A program made the position numbers and the translations under genes. A stretch of DNA of 64,000 bases from Dictyostelium discoideum (lineage: Eukaryota): assembly GCA_000004695.1 (NCBI GenBank), contig CM000155.2:2080001-2144000 (forward strand). The letters are read 5' to 3'. This document shows positions 1-9,506 of this stretch, one piece after another. Numbering within the stretch: position 1 is the stretch's first letter; every line of letters begins with the position of its first letter. Under the pieces are notes generated by a model, which saw nothing but the letters and a program-made list of their open reading frames with translations, did not search any database and had not been told where the DNA came from.

Positions 1-1
1 T

Positions 2-742
2 GATTCACCAACTGAAGATACAATGAAAGTTATAAATATTCTTCCAAATAATTCTCAACATCCAATTATTGTTGACAGATGTCATACTTTTGCTGTTAAT
101 TTTAATTCACCACTTCAGTACCAACAACAACAACAACAACAACAACAAAATTTCAATAGTGGATTTGCACCACCACCACCACCAATGATGTCATCAGGAC
201 CACCACCACCCCCAGGTTCATCTTTTGGTGCACCTCCACCTCCACCCCCAGGTGGAGCTTTCCCAACATCATCAATATCAGAAAAAAAATCATCATCACA
301 ATCATCATCATCATATTTACCACCAACAATGTCATTGTCAAGAAAATCATCATTGTCACCATCATCACCATCAAAAAATTATCCAAGCCCTAAACTCTCA
401 AGTCCTTCTTTATCGTATGGTTCAACTCAATCAGAAAGCACTCCATCAAATGATCCATTAATTTCTTTATTAGCTAAACAAAAAGCAAATGGTTCTTGGA
501 GTAAATCATCTATTCAAGATCAATTCTCTTCTGCTATTAGTAAAATACCAAATGAACTTTCTGCTGTTGAAGACGTTTGGGCAACTTTATTAGTTATCTC
601 AAAAATTATGAAAACATTTGCTTCTCAAAAATCAAAATGGGAACTTAGTGTTCAAAAATCAAATAAATGGGTTAAACAACAATTATTAAAATTAAATCTT
701 TCTTTTGATCAATTTTTAGAACTTGCAAAATCAAATGTATAA
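2..742 (+). CDS. C-terminal part (5' end outside window) of a Gln/Pro-rich protein with a VWA5A/PARP4-type C-terminal module
   Basis: Open frame runs from the window edge to stop at 740-742. Poly-Q and PPPPP tracts, then LISLLAKQKANGSW...VWATLLVISKIM...KWELSVQKSNKWV. This resembles the conserved C-terminal region of VIT/vWA proteins, recalled from memory and not searched. Confidence 0.5.
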   Translation, partial: DSPTEDTMKVINILPNNSQHPIIVDRCHTFAVNFNSPLQYQQQQQQQQQNFNSGFAPPPPPMMSSGPPPPPGSSFGAPPPPPPGGAFPTSSISEKKSSSQSSSSYLPPTMSLSRKSSLSPSSPSKNYPSPKLSSPSLSYGSTQSESTPSNDPLISLLAKQKANGSWSKSSIQDQFSSAISKIPNELSAVEDVWATLLVISKIMKTFASQKSKWELSVQKSNKWVKQQLLKLNLSFDQFLELAKSNV

Positions 743-1071
743 AATAAAATTTAAAAAATTAATTAAAATAATAAAATAATAAATATATTTAAAACAATTC
801 AATTGATTGTAACATAAAATATCTTATTTTATTTAAAATTTTTAAAATTTATTGATGAGTCAATATTTAAAAAATAATTTTTAAGATTTGCATTTAGATA
901 TTTTTTAATTTTTAATATCTTGATTTTTTTTTTTTTCTTTTTTTTATTTCTCGAAGCCCCATTTTATTTTTAATATATATTTTTTTTATTTAGAATATGA
1001 TTTGAGAATATGGTTTGAGAATAAGAAATATTATTTATCTTTTTCTAATTATTATTAAAATTTTTTTTATA

Positions 1072-1106
<35 letters not shown>

Positions 1107-1219
1107 ATAAAAAGAAAATTTTTTTTCTATTTTTAATTATAAAATAAATATTAATAAAAATTTAAAAACATAAAATTTATAAAATATTTTAAATAAAAAA
1201 AAAAATCAATAAAAGAAAA

Positions 1220-2119
1220 ATGTCAATTTTAATTACTGGTAGTACTGGCAAATTTGGAAAAAATTCAATCGAATTTTTATTATCAAAAGGTGTTGACCCA
1301 AAATCAATAATTGCATTGGTTCGTGAAGAATCAAAAGGTAAACAATTCCAAGAAAAAGGTTTAAATGTTAGAATTGGTGATTATACAAATGAAGAATCTT
1401 TAGTAAAGGCTTTCCAAGGTATTGAAAAATTATTATTCATTTCATCAAGTGATATTGAAAATAGAATTGATCATCATAATAATGTAATTAAAGCAGCTAA
1501 ACAAGTTGGTACAATTAAACACTTGGTTTATACAAGTTTCTTTAGAAAAGAAGAGGTTGAAAAAAGTGGTAATTCTTCAATTGGTTTTGTTGGTAAACCA
1601 CATATTATTGCTGAAGATTTGATTGAAAAATCTGGAATAAATTATACAATTCTTCAAAATATTCTTTATACCGATTTCTTAACAGAATTCTTTTTTGGTG
1701 AAAAGGTATTAGAGAATGGTATTTTTTTCCCAGCAGGTAATGGTATTGGTAACTATGCCATTAGAAAAGATATGGCTGAAGCTGCAGTAAATATATTATT
1801 GGATGAAAATCAACAAAAACATCTAAATAAAAAGTATATCATTTCTAATGAAGAAAGTTCATCATTTGAAGATGCTGCTAAAATTCTCTCTGAAATCAGT
1901 GGTAAAACTCTTTCATATACAAGTCCAGATGTTGCAACATTTGAAAACACTTTAACTGGTTTTGGTGTCCCTCCAGTTTACATTCAACTATCAGTTGCTT
2001 TTGGTTTGGCCATTCAAAATAATGAGTTTAATACCCTTAAAACTGATCTTTCAACATTGTTAAATAGAAAACCAACTACTTTAAAACAATTTTTATTTGA
2101 AACTTATAAAAAACAATAA
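1220..2119 (+). CDS. NmrA-like NAD(P)-binding oxidoreductase (YtfG-type quinone oxidoreductase-like)
   Basis: 299-aa intact ORF. N-terminal Rossmann motif ILITGSTGKFG followed by the NmrA-family pattern (LVRE..KG......G..V..GDY). Confidence 0.7.
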   Translation: MSILITGSTGKFGKNSIEFLLSKGVDPKSIIALVREESKGKQFQEKGLNVRIGDYTNEESLVKAFQGIEKLLFISSSDIENRIDHHNNVIKAAKQVGTIKHLVYTSFFRKEEVEKSGNSSIGFVGKPHIIAEDLIEKSGINYTILQNILYTDFLTEFFFGEKVLENGIFFPAGNGIGNYAIRKDMAEAAVNILLDENQQKHLNKKYIISNEESSSFEDAAKILSEISGKTLSYTSPDVATFENTLTGFGVPPVYIQLSVAFGLAIQNNEFNTLKTDLSTLLNRKPTTLKQFLFETYKKQ

Positions 2120-2139
2120 ATCCCATTGATTATAAAACA

Positions 2140-2305
2140 AATTAATTTGTTTTGTGTTTTGTCCACAATTTCGCTTCTTTTTTGTAGGCATTTGTATTAC
2201 TAAATATTTATGGTGTTGTTTGTAATTTTCATCTTATTTCTTTTTATTTTTTTTATTTACTTTGAAAAGTTAAAAATCTGGAAATTTTCTGATTAACTTG
2301 ATTCC

Positions 2306-2336
<31 letters not shown>

Positions 2337-2476
2337 AGTGTTAGTCAGAGAGTAATGAGTGAGTTGTTTTATTTTATGAGATGTTTGGGTAGTGGTATTG
2401 AGTATAGTGGTGAGTTCTATTGTCTTCTGAATTGCAATAGTTATAGCGAGATTAATGAGTCTAGTTTGTTTTGTTT
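2140..2476 (-). mobile_element. 5'-truncated remnant of a TRE5-family non-LTR retrotransposon (B-module-like plus diverged ORF2 3' end), about 55 bp upstream of tRNA-Leu
   Basis: 2150-2335 matches the B-module at 38050-38220 and 39775-39960 (tccacaatttcgct...aaaagttaaaaatctggaaattttctgattaacttg...cccaggttttt). 2336-2476 is about 75% identical to the ORF2 3' end at 3172-3310. Confidence 0.5.
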
Positions 2477-2529
2477 TTCATGAAAAAAACACTACGTATT
2501 ATGTTGTAATAATAATAATTTTCAAACAA

Positions 2530-2611
2530 GTAAGCTTGCCCGAGCTGGTTTAAGGGGTTGCATTAAGGCTGCAATATCATTGATACAAGGGTTCGAATCC
2601 CTTAGCTTACA
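2530..2611 (+). tRNA. tRNA-Leu (anticodon AAG), type II with long variable arm
   Basis: Acceptor stem GTAAGCT/AGCTTAC, anticodon stem TTGCA/TGCAA with loop TTAAGGC, long variable arm, T-arm AAGGG-TTCGAAT-CCCTT. Folded by eye. Confidence 0.85.
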
Positions 2612-2631
2612 ATAATTTTAAAAATTATTTT

Positions 2632-2642
2632 TCAGGATTATA

Positions 2643-2649
<7 letters not shown>
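2632..2649. repeat. Target-site duplication (left copy) of the TRE5-A.1 insertion: tcaggattatacgatcct
   Basis: Identical 17-18 bp string at 8945-8962, directly flanking the element termini (poly-T tail at 2650; ...ttcgatctc at 8944). Confidence 0.8.
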
Positions 2650-2675
<26 letters not shown>

Positions 2676-2776
2676 TGAATTGGATAACGCAATTATTATT
2701 TGCTTCTCCTTGAGATGCTAGATCTCATTTTATTTTATTTTTTTTTTTTTTTTTTACAGGGTCTCTAAAAGAGGGG

Positions 2777-3103
2777 TTACCTTCCTTTTTTTTTTTTTTT
2801 TTTTTTTGGGTTCGAATTTTGAATTGTATTATTACTTTGGATTAAAACCTTTTTTTTGCCCAAACTTTTTTCTAAATTTTTTTTTATTTTATCGCCGGGT
2901 TCGGGATTGAGGTTTATGACGTATTTGAATGGTTTTTTTTTTAATGGGGTTTTATCCACAATTTGGCTTTTTTTTTGTAGGCCATTGGGGTGGCTAAAAA
3001 TTGGGGGGGTGGTTGGGGAATTTCCATTTAATTTCCTTCCAATTTTTAAAATTTTCCTTAAAAAGGTTAAAAATCGGGAAATTTTTGGATTAACTGGGGT
3101 TCC

Positions 3104-3170
<67 letters not shown>
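2777..3170 (-). repeat. 3' B-module of TRE5-A.1, including a diverged duplicate of the ORF1 5' end
   Basis: Aligns to 7700-8040. The pseudo-ORF MDKTPLKKKPFKYVINLNPEPGDKIKK matches the ORF1 N-terminus MDKTHLKKKQFKYVININHEPDDKIKK, with many T>G differences. Confidence 0.7.
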
Positions 3171-3171
<1 letters not shown>

Positions 3172-6100
3172 TTATTTATAGAAAGTACTGAGTGAATTAT
3201 TGTATTTTTTGAGATGTTTAGGAAGTTCTATTGCGTGAAGAGGTGAGTTCCATTGTCTGCTAAATTGTAATAGCTTTAGCGAGATTAGTGAGTCTAATTT
3301 ATTTTGTTCTTCTGGCCGTTGCTTTGATTTGATTCTTAATGTTTTGTTTATAACCGCTTGTGTCCTGTCCCATGCAGCTCTTTGTGTTTTAATTAGTTCA
3401 CGTATGACTTGTTGTCTGTGAATTATTATTTCTTTTTCATCGTGAATGAGTTTATTTCTTTTGTGCCAGATTTTATCGAATATAATAGCTATTAAATTGG
3501 CTACTAGTGCAATTTGTAGATGGTTTAAAATCTTCACATTCCAGGTGTGAGTGGTGTGTCCACACTTAGTTAGGGTGTAGTTGAAGATTTCTTGTGTGTT
3601 TTTGATGTGGGCTTTGCAGTTGAAGAATATATGTTCTGAGGTCTCATCTTCCCCACACTGTTGGCATGGCATGTTGTATATTTTTGGTAGTGCTTTCAGT
3701 GTGTATCTCCATAATAGATCTCTACCTTTCATGTTTATTATTTTTTTGATTTCTTTAAATGGAAGGTGTTTGCTATTAATTTTGGTCATTATTTCTTTTT
3801 GGCCAGGAGTTGGTATGAATTTGTTGTGTTCAGGAGATTGAGTTGTCATCATATCCTCGTATATTTTTTTTAATTTTGGGAGGTGTTCGTAGTGTGTTTG
3901 TTTATTTTGTGGAGTTTTTAATTGGGTCCATGCTTGCTTGCATTGCCAGTGTAGTTGTAGTTGATTTTGTTTTGTTGTTGTTTTGTTGTTGTTGTTGTTT
4001 TTGAGTTCCTCTTCCCACAGTTTTATATATGAACTAGGAGTGTTACTTACTCTTTGGTGGAGGTATCTTTCGAATAACCATGCTTTCTGTGCTAGTTCTC
4101 TTGTCTTCAGGTTCCATAAGTTTAGGCCACCATTGATATAGTTGTTTTGTCTTCTTTGTAGTGAAAGAGAGTTTTTAGATTTTGTGTTGAAAACGAATTT
4201 TACGATGTTATTTTCAATACTATTGTGTTGTGGTGTGGTGTTGATGTAAGTGTGGAACGTTAACTGAGATAGTGCATATGTTTTTGCCATTATGAGTCTG
4301 CCCATATAGGTTGATGAAGTTGAGTTCCATGTTACTAGTTTAGCTCTGATGTTGTCTGAGATTGTATTGATTTTGGATTTGATACCCTTATTGTTGAAGT
4401 CAAAGCCGAGGTACCTTTCGTTTGATTTTATGACGGTGTATAGCGTTCTGGTGTTCCATTTGAAAGTGATACACGAGCATTTGGTTTGGTTTATTTTTGC
4501 GCTGGTTGCTTGGCAAAACTTCTTGATCCATTCATTCATGAGGAAATGGTCCATAAAGTTGTATGCTATTGTTGCTGTATCATCGGCGAACTGTAGTATT
4601 TTAATGGTTTCTTTGGTTACACCATTGATGCAGCGGTCATTTATTATAGTAGTTGCCATGCATTCAACCACTAATGCGAAGATAGTGGGAGAGATAGGAT
4701 CACCTTGTTTGGTTCCTCTTTTTGATGTAAAGCTTTTAGATAATGAGTTATTGATGTACACTGATGTTTCTGATTCATTGAGTAAGTTCATTATTGTGAG
4801 GACCATTTTGAGTGGTAGTTTTAGATGTGCAAGAGTACGTAGAATGGCGTTATGTGAGATTGAATCGAATGCTTTTTCAAAATCATAAAATGTTATGATT
4901 GGTTCCATATCCTCTTTTGTGTTAATCTCTCGTTTTATTATTTCTATTGTTGAGTTTAAGGTGATGATGTTATCGTGCAGTAGTCTTCTTGGTACGAATC
5001 CAGTTTGGAATGGTGAGATTATTTTGTTTAAGAACTTCAGGATCCTATTGTTGATTATTTTCGAATAGATTTTGTAATCGACATTTAGAAGTGTTATTGG
5101 TCTATAGTTATCCAGGTTGTTTGGGTCTCCTTTGTTTTTATATATAGTAATCAATATCCCTTGTTTGAAGTCCTTTGGGATTGTTGTGTTCCAGAAGTGA
5201 TTGTATAGTTTTGATATTATTGGTAGAATTTCATTAATGTGGTTTTTGTAAAATGTTGGAAGGAGTCCATCTTTACCAGGTGCTTTTCCTTCTTGTATTT
5301 TTTCAATGCCTAGTCTGATTTCGTATTCTTCTATTGGTTGATTAATTTCGTCCAATATCTTTTGATCAATCCTTTTATTGAATGTTTTTAGGAGTTCGTG
5401 GTGAGTGTCTTCGTTGCATTCTCTCTTCTGGTACAGGTTCTCGTAATATCTTCTTGCTACTTCGAGGATATCCTCGTTTTTTGTTACCAAACAATTGTTG
5501 CTTGGATCTAGAATTTGAGGGATTTCATTTGTCTTTCTTTGGACTTTTAACCTTCTGGTTAAGTATTTTGATGGTGTTTCTTTGTTGTTGATGTGGGTGT
5601 TGGTTTGGTTTGCTTGTTTTATTCTTACTTGTTCCTTTAGAATATTGTTGATCTCTTCTTTAAGGAAGATTGCTCTTGAATCTTTGGCTGTTTCGAGTTT
5701 TTCTGCGAGTTCTTTTAGTTTGTTTTTGGTTTTATTGCTTTCTCTAATTTCTATATTAATTGACAGTTTCTTTATTTCATCTTTTAGTTTCAACCATTGT
5801 TCGCAAATGTTTAATTTGTACCATTTGCTGGTGTTCTCTTCGAATTTTTTATTGTAGTATTTAATTGTTTTATTAATTTTGAGGCTGGTTGAATTCATTT
5901 TGAGAGTTTCTAGGTTTTGTCTCCATAGTCTTTCTCCTTTCTTTTGTTGCTCGTATTCTGGTATTTTTAATTCAATGATTACCATGTTGTGATCAGATTT
6001 TAATTTGATTTCCTTAGTAGTAACTATTGGGTTTAGATGGAGTATCTTCTTTGAGACAAAGACCCTATCGATGGTTGATTTGTTTCTTGGAAATGTGATT

Positions 6101-6393
6101 CCATTCTTAATTTCTGTAAATTCGAATTCGTCGAAGATTGTTTTAATATATTTGTTAAGGTTATTATCCACTGAACAGTCTACATTGAAGTCTCCAGTTA
6201 TAATATCGCTGTGTAGTATTTCTTCTGTGAGATTTTCCTTATACCATTCATGTCTTTCGTTTGACTTTGCTGGGGCATAAATGGTTGTGCATTTGATCTG
6301 TGTTTTTGCAATCATCCATTCGGAAGATATAATTCTTTCGTTTATTGTTTTTGTTGTTGTTTTTATTTGGGTGTTGATGATGATTTGTGACAC
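3172..6393 (-). CDS. TRE5-A ORF2 (AP-endonuclease + reverse transcriptase polyprotein)
   Basis: 1073-aa ORF. N-terminal endonuclease-like region, RT motifs including QFADDTATI (YxDD-type box), C-terminal Cys/His region. The frame is open upstream of the first ATG, so the true start probably overlaps the ORF1 end. Confidence 0.85.
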   Translation of the reverse strand: MSQIIINTQIKTTTKTINERIISSEWMIAKTQIKCTTIYAPAKSNERHEWYKENLTEEILHSDIITGDFNVDCSVDNNLNKYIKTIFDEFEFTEIKNGITFPRNKSTIDRVFVSKKILHLNPIVTTKEIKLKSDHNMVIIELKIPEYEQQKKGERLWRQNLETLKMNSTSLKINKTIKYYNKKFEENTSKWYKLNICEQWLKLKDEIKKLSINIEIRESNKTKNKLKELAEKLETAKDSRAIFLKEEINNILKEQVRIKQANQTNTHINNKETPSKYLTRRLKVQRKTNEIPQILDPSNNCLVTKNEDILEVARRYYENLYQKRECNEDTHHELLKTFNKRIDQKILDEINQPIEEYEIRLGIEKIQEGKAPGKDGLLPTFYKNHINEILPIISKLYNHFWNTTIPKDFKQGILITIYKNKGDPNNLDNYRPITLLNVDYKIYSKIINNRILKFLNKIISPFQTGFVPRRLLHDNIITLNSTIEIIKREINTKEDMEPIITFYDFEKAFDSISHNAILRTLAHLKLPLKMVLTIMNLLNESETSVYINNSLSKSFTSKRGTKQGDPISPTIFALVVECMATTIINDRCINGVTKETIKILQFADDTATIAYNFMDHFLMNEWIKKFCQATSAKINQTKCSCITFKWNTRTLYTVIKSNERYLGFDFNNKGIKSKINTISDNIRAKLVTWNSTSSTYMGRLIMAKTYALSQLTFHTYINTTPQHNSIENNIVKFVFNTKSKNSLSLQRRQNNYINGGLNLWNLKTRELAQKAWLFERYLHQRVSNTPSSYIKLWEEELKNNNNNKTTTKQNQLQLHWQCKQAWTQLKTPQNKQTHYEHLPKLKKIYEDMMTTQSPEHNKFIPTPGQKEIMTKINSKHLPFKEIKKIINMKGRDLLWRYTLKALPKIYNMPCQQCGEDETSEHIFFNCKAHIKNTQEIFNYTLTKCGHTTHTWNVKILNHLQIALVANLIAIIFDKIWHKRNKLIHDEKEIIIHRQQVIRELIKTQRAAWDRTQAVINKTLRIKSKQRPEEQNKLDSLISLKLLQFSRQWNSPLHAIELPKHLKKYNNSLSTFYK

Positions 6394-6605
6394 CCCTTGT
6401 CCTGTTTTATCAATTGGTGCGTGGTGTGTTATTTTGTTTTTATATTGTTGATTTATTGAGTAAATTTTATTTGTTTTTATATTTGTTTCAGTTAGAAGTG
6501 CTGCGTCCAGCTTGTTGTTGTCTAATACGGTGTTTATTATGCTGGCAGATTGGATGGTGTTGGATCCTTGGACGTTCCAAACACCTATTCTTATTGTGTT
6601 TTTCT

Positions 6606-7874
6606 TTATAGTTTTATTTGGGGTAGATTTTTATCTACCTTTTGAAGTTTCTGGTTTATTTTGTCTTCTAACTGATCTTTACTTTGTTCGTTGTGTTGTT
6701 GGTCTTGTGTGTTTGTGGGGTTTTTTGATTTACTGATTTGTTTTAGAATTTCCTTGTTGAAGTTGTCTATATCTTCATCCATTTTTGTTTTTATGCTTTT
6801 TTGTCCATATTCACCCAATTTTGGTTTGACTGGTGTTTTGTTGGTCCTGTTTGTTTTGTCTTGTTGTTTGTTTTTTGGTGTGTTTAACAATTTACTTGGT
6901 GAATCAATAATTTTCGATGGTGTACCATAGGTTGGGCTGAAACTCATGATATGTTTTATTGGAGAGGAGAAGAACCATTGATTTGAAGGGATTGAAAGTG
7001 GGAATTCTATTTTTCTTATTGCATCAGTGTTTGGGCTGGTGAAGTCGAAGATATCATTTACCTCTCTAAGTTTTTCTTCCGTTGTTAGTCTCTTTGTTTC
7101 GCCGTGTTGTTTTATTGGTGTATTGTATGGAGATGGTGGTTCAATAGGTTTTTCTGATTTTGTTTTAATTTCTTGATTTTTTATCGATTGGGTATTGATC
7201 TCATTCTCTATTCTTGTTAGTTCATCTACGTTTTCTAGTGATGCATCTATTACCTTTTGAGCTGTATCATCTAGGGCCATAAATGTTTTATCATTAGATG
7301 AGGAGGTGATTGGTGGGATAATGATTGTTCTTTTTCCTTGTTTTGGTATTTGTTCTGATGTAGATTTTGGTTGTTGTTCATCTGATTGTTTTTTATTTTT
7401 GTTTTCTTCTTGATTTTCTGGTAATGAGGTTTGATCTCTCCATCCTTTGTTGGAGTGACCAATTAATGTTAGATTGTCTAGTTCAATGATAGTATCATAT
7501 TCTTCTACGACTCTTTTCACTGTTTTGATAATTAGAGTTTCGCCTTTAATTTCAGATTTAATTAGTTTACATCCTTCATTTTCTATTACCCATTCTATTT
7601 CTGTGAGTGATTTATACCAATCGAAATCCGTATACATATTTTTTGGTCTTAGAGTGGTTATAAATTGTCCTTTTAATTCTGCATCGAACATATTTACAAA
7701 ATAGATTACTGTACTAATACTGTCTGTGAGAATTTTGAATGTATTATTACTTTTGATTAAAACATCTTTTTTGTCCAAACTTTTTTCTAAATCTTTTTTT
7801 ATTTTATCGTCTGGTTCGTGATTGATGTTTATGACGTATTTGAATTGTTTTTTTTTTAAATGAGTTTTATCCAC
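6606..7874 (-). CDS. TRE5-A ORF1 protein (start codon uncertain in this copy)
   Basis: 422 aa, 97% identical to the 444-aa ORF1 of the second copy (38513-39847). In this copy the upstream ATG used by copy 2 is destroyed by clustered substitutions, and the listed M is a GTG. Confidence 0.7.
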   Translation of the reverse strand: MDKTHLKKKQFKYVININHEPDDKIKKDLEKSLDKKDVLIKSNNTFKILTDSISTVIYFVNMFDAELKGQFITTLRPKNMYTDFDWYKSLTEIEWVIENEGCKLIKSEIKGETLIIKTVKRVVEEYDTIIELDNLTLIGHSNKGWRDQTSLPENQEENKNKKQSDEQQPKSTSEQIPKQGKRTIIIPPITSSSNDKTFMALDDTAQKVIDASLENVDELTRIENEINTQSIKNQEIKTKSEKPIEPPSPYNTPIKQHGETKRLTTEEKLREVNDIFDFTSPNTDAIRKIEFPLSIPSNQWFFSSPIKHIMSFSPTYGTPSKIIDSPSKLLNTPKNKQQDKTNRTNKTPVKPKLGEYGQKSIKTKMDEDIDNFNKEILKQISKSKNPTNTQDQQHNEQSKDQLEDKINQKLQKVDKNLPQIKL

Positions 7875-8019
7875 AATTTCGCTTATTTTTTGTAGGCCTT
7901 TGGGGTGCTTAATATTTGGGGGGGTGGTTGGGAATTTCCTTTTATTTTCCTTCTATTTTTTAAAATTTTCTTTAAAAAGTTAAAAATCTGGAAATTTTTT
8001 GATTAACTTGGGGTCCCCG

Positions 8020-8077
<58 letters not shown>

Positions 8078-8080
<3 letters not shown>

Positions 8081-8944
8081 TCTTTTTTATATGAAAAATG
8101 AAATAATCAAAAAAAGAGATTGTTGTTGTTGTTTGTTTTTTTTCGATCTGATTATTTTTTGCTTTTTTTTGAAAATTTTGCTACGCAAAATTCTCAAAAC
8201 GAAACAAATAATAAATTACAATAAAGTAAAAAGATGGCTTTTTAAGATAGTTTATTTATTTATTTATTTGTTTTTTAAGTCTTTTTTATATGAAAAATGA
8301 AATAATCAAAAAAAGAGATTGTTGTTGTTGTTTGTTTTTTTTCGATCTGATTATTTTTTGCTTTTTTTTGAAAATTTTGCTACGCAAAATTCTCAAAACG
8401 AAACAAATAATAAATTACAATAAAGTAAAAAGATGGCTTTTTAAGATAGTTTATTTATTTATTTATTTGTTTTTTAAGTCTTTTTTATATGAAAAATGAA
8501 ATAATCAAAAAAAGAGATTGTTGTTGTTGTTTGTTTTTTTTCGATCTGATTATTTTTTGCTTTTTTTTGAAAATTTTGCTACGCAAAATTCTCAAAACGA
8601 AACAAATAATAAATTACAATAAAGTAAAAAGATGGCTTTTTAAGATAGTTTATTTATTTATTTATTTGTTTTTTAAGTCTTTTTTATATGAAAAATGAAA
8701 TAATCAAAAAAAGAGATTGTTGTTGTTGTTTGTTTTTTTTCGATCTGATTATTTTTTGCTTTTTTTTGAAAATTTTGCTACGCAAAATTCTCAAAACGAA
8801 ACAAATAATAAATTACAATAAAGTAAAAAGATGGCTTTTTAAGATAGTTTATTTATTTATTTATTTGTTTTTTAAGTCTTTTTTATATGAAAAATGAAAT
8901 AATCAAAAAAAGAGATTGTTGTTGTTGTTTGTTTTTTTTCGATC
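8078..8944 (-). repeat. Tandem array of 199-bp A-modules (4 complete units plus a 71-bp partial unit) at the TRE5-A.1 5' end
   Basis: Identical 199-bp period (8078, 8277, 8476, 8675, 8874). Each unit yields the same spurious 69-aa ORF. Ends ...ttcgatctc at the element terminus. Confidence 0.85.
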
Positions 8945-8962
8945 TCAGGATTATACGATCCT
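8945..8962. repeat. Target-site duplication (right copy): tcaggattatacgatcct
   Basis: Identical to 2632-2649. Confidence 0.8.
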
Positions 8963-8993
8963 AATAAAGTGATTTAATTGAATTTTCATCAAA

Positions 8994-9076
8994 CCGGCTT
9001 TGGCGCAATGGTAGCGCGATTGACTGTAGTTATATAAGTGATCAATCGGTTGCTAGTTCGAATCTGGCAAGCCGGA
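8994..9076 (+). tRNA. tRNA-Tyr (anticodon GTA) with 11-nt intron (about 9030-9040)
   Basis: Acceptor CCGGCTT/AAGCCGG, D-arm GCGC-AATGGTA-GCGC, anticodon stem ATTGA/TCAAT, loop CTGTAG followed by intron ttatataagtg after position 37. Eukaryotic tRNA-Tyr genes canonically carry an intron there. Confidence 0.85.
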
Positions 9077-9100
9077 CTTTTTTAATGTAAATCAATATAT

Positions 9101-9116
9101 CGCTGGTTCGATTCTT
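9101..9116 (+). promoter_or_regulatory. Candidate external B-box (exB) downstream of tRNA-Tyr
   Basis: cgctGGTTCGATTCttgg, about 30 bp downstream of the tRNA 3' end. Dictyostelium tRNA genes frequently carry an extra B-box-like element at this distance. Confidence 0.5.
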
Positions 9117-9506
9117 GGTCAGAAATGTGTCTAAAATTAGTCTCCTTTGACCAATTCTTTTAATAAGAATAATTACTTTGGATCTTAAAACACATATAAA
9201 ACTACTAGTTATTGTTTATTTCTTATATTGGATATACACTCAAAAAAAAAAAAAAAAAAAAAGAAATATATTTCCTAAAAACCCAAAGAAATAAAATCAA
9301 AAATAAAAAAGGTATTTCCCATAATTGTTTAAAAAAAAAAAAAAAATCTAAAGGTCTAAATTTGTATTTTTTTTTTTTTTTTTATCCAAATTTGATTTTT
9401 TTTTACATTTTTTTTTTTCTGTATATTTTTTATTTTTTTTTTTTTTATGTATTTTTTATTTTGTGGATGTTGAGAGTTTACCCTATTATTTCATACTTTA
9501 AATTAT

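Larger units (their letters stand above)
2650..8944 (-). mobile_element. Full-length TRE5-A.1-like tRNA-gene-targeted non-LTR retrotransposon
   Basis: On the minus strand: A-module tandem repeats (8078-8944), B-module with poly-A tract (7875-8075), ORF1 (7874-6606), ORF2 with endonuclease and RT motifs (6393-3172), 3' B-module copy with duplicated ORF1 start (3170-2777), C-module (2776-2677) and oligo(A) tail (seen as T run 2650-2676). Flanked by TSDs. The 5' end lies 47 bp upstream of tRNA-Tyr, head-to-head, as known for TRE5-A. Confidence 0.85.

Noticed and set aside
153-461. ORFs 153-386 (-) and 225-461 (+) with poly-M, poly-H or poly-V content
   Set aside because: These are alternative-frame or antisense readings of the CAA/CCA-rich repeat region inside the 2-742 coding sequence.
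2298-3191. ORFs 2298-2483, 2777-2959 and 2856-3191 with poly-F or poly-K runs
   Set aside because: They lie in B/C-modules and homopolymer tracts of TRE elements. 2777-2959 is a degraded duplicate of the ORF1 start. There is no independent coding evidence.
4349-6280. Several 70-180-aa plus-strand ORFs inside 3172-6393
   Set aside because: They are antisense to the TRE5-A ORF2, which has clear RT and endonuclease motifs, and are low complexity. The same applies to 6387-6930 and 7474-7704 opposite ORF1, and to their duplicates at 38294-38837 and 39354-39611.
8091-8897. Four identical 69-aa ORFs (MKNEIIKKRDCCCCLFFFDLIIF...) at a 199-bp period
   Set aside because: They are the same reading of the tandem A-module (non-coding 5' UTR/promoter) of the TRE5-A element, antisense to the element, low complexity and without codon structure. 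A fifth copy at 40388 occurs in the second element. They are repeat artifacts, not genes.
8078-8944. Possible CRISPR-like array (regular direct repeats)
   Set aside because: This is a eukaryotic genome. The units are 199 bp, identical and contiguous with no unique spacers. They form the A-module array of a retrotransposon.
9077-9130. Possible additional tRNA fragment after tRNA-Tyr (cgctggttcgattcttggtcag)
   Set aside because: Only a B-box-like 11-mer is present, with no acceptor, D-arm or anticodon arm. It is better explained as an external B-box element.
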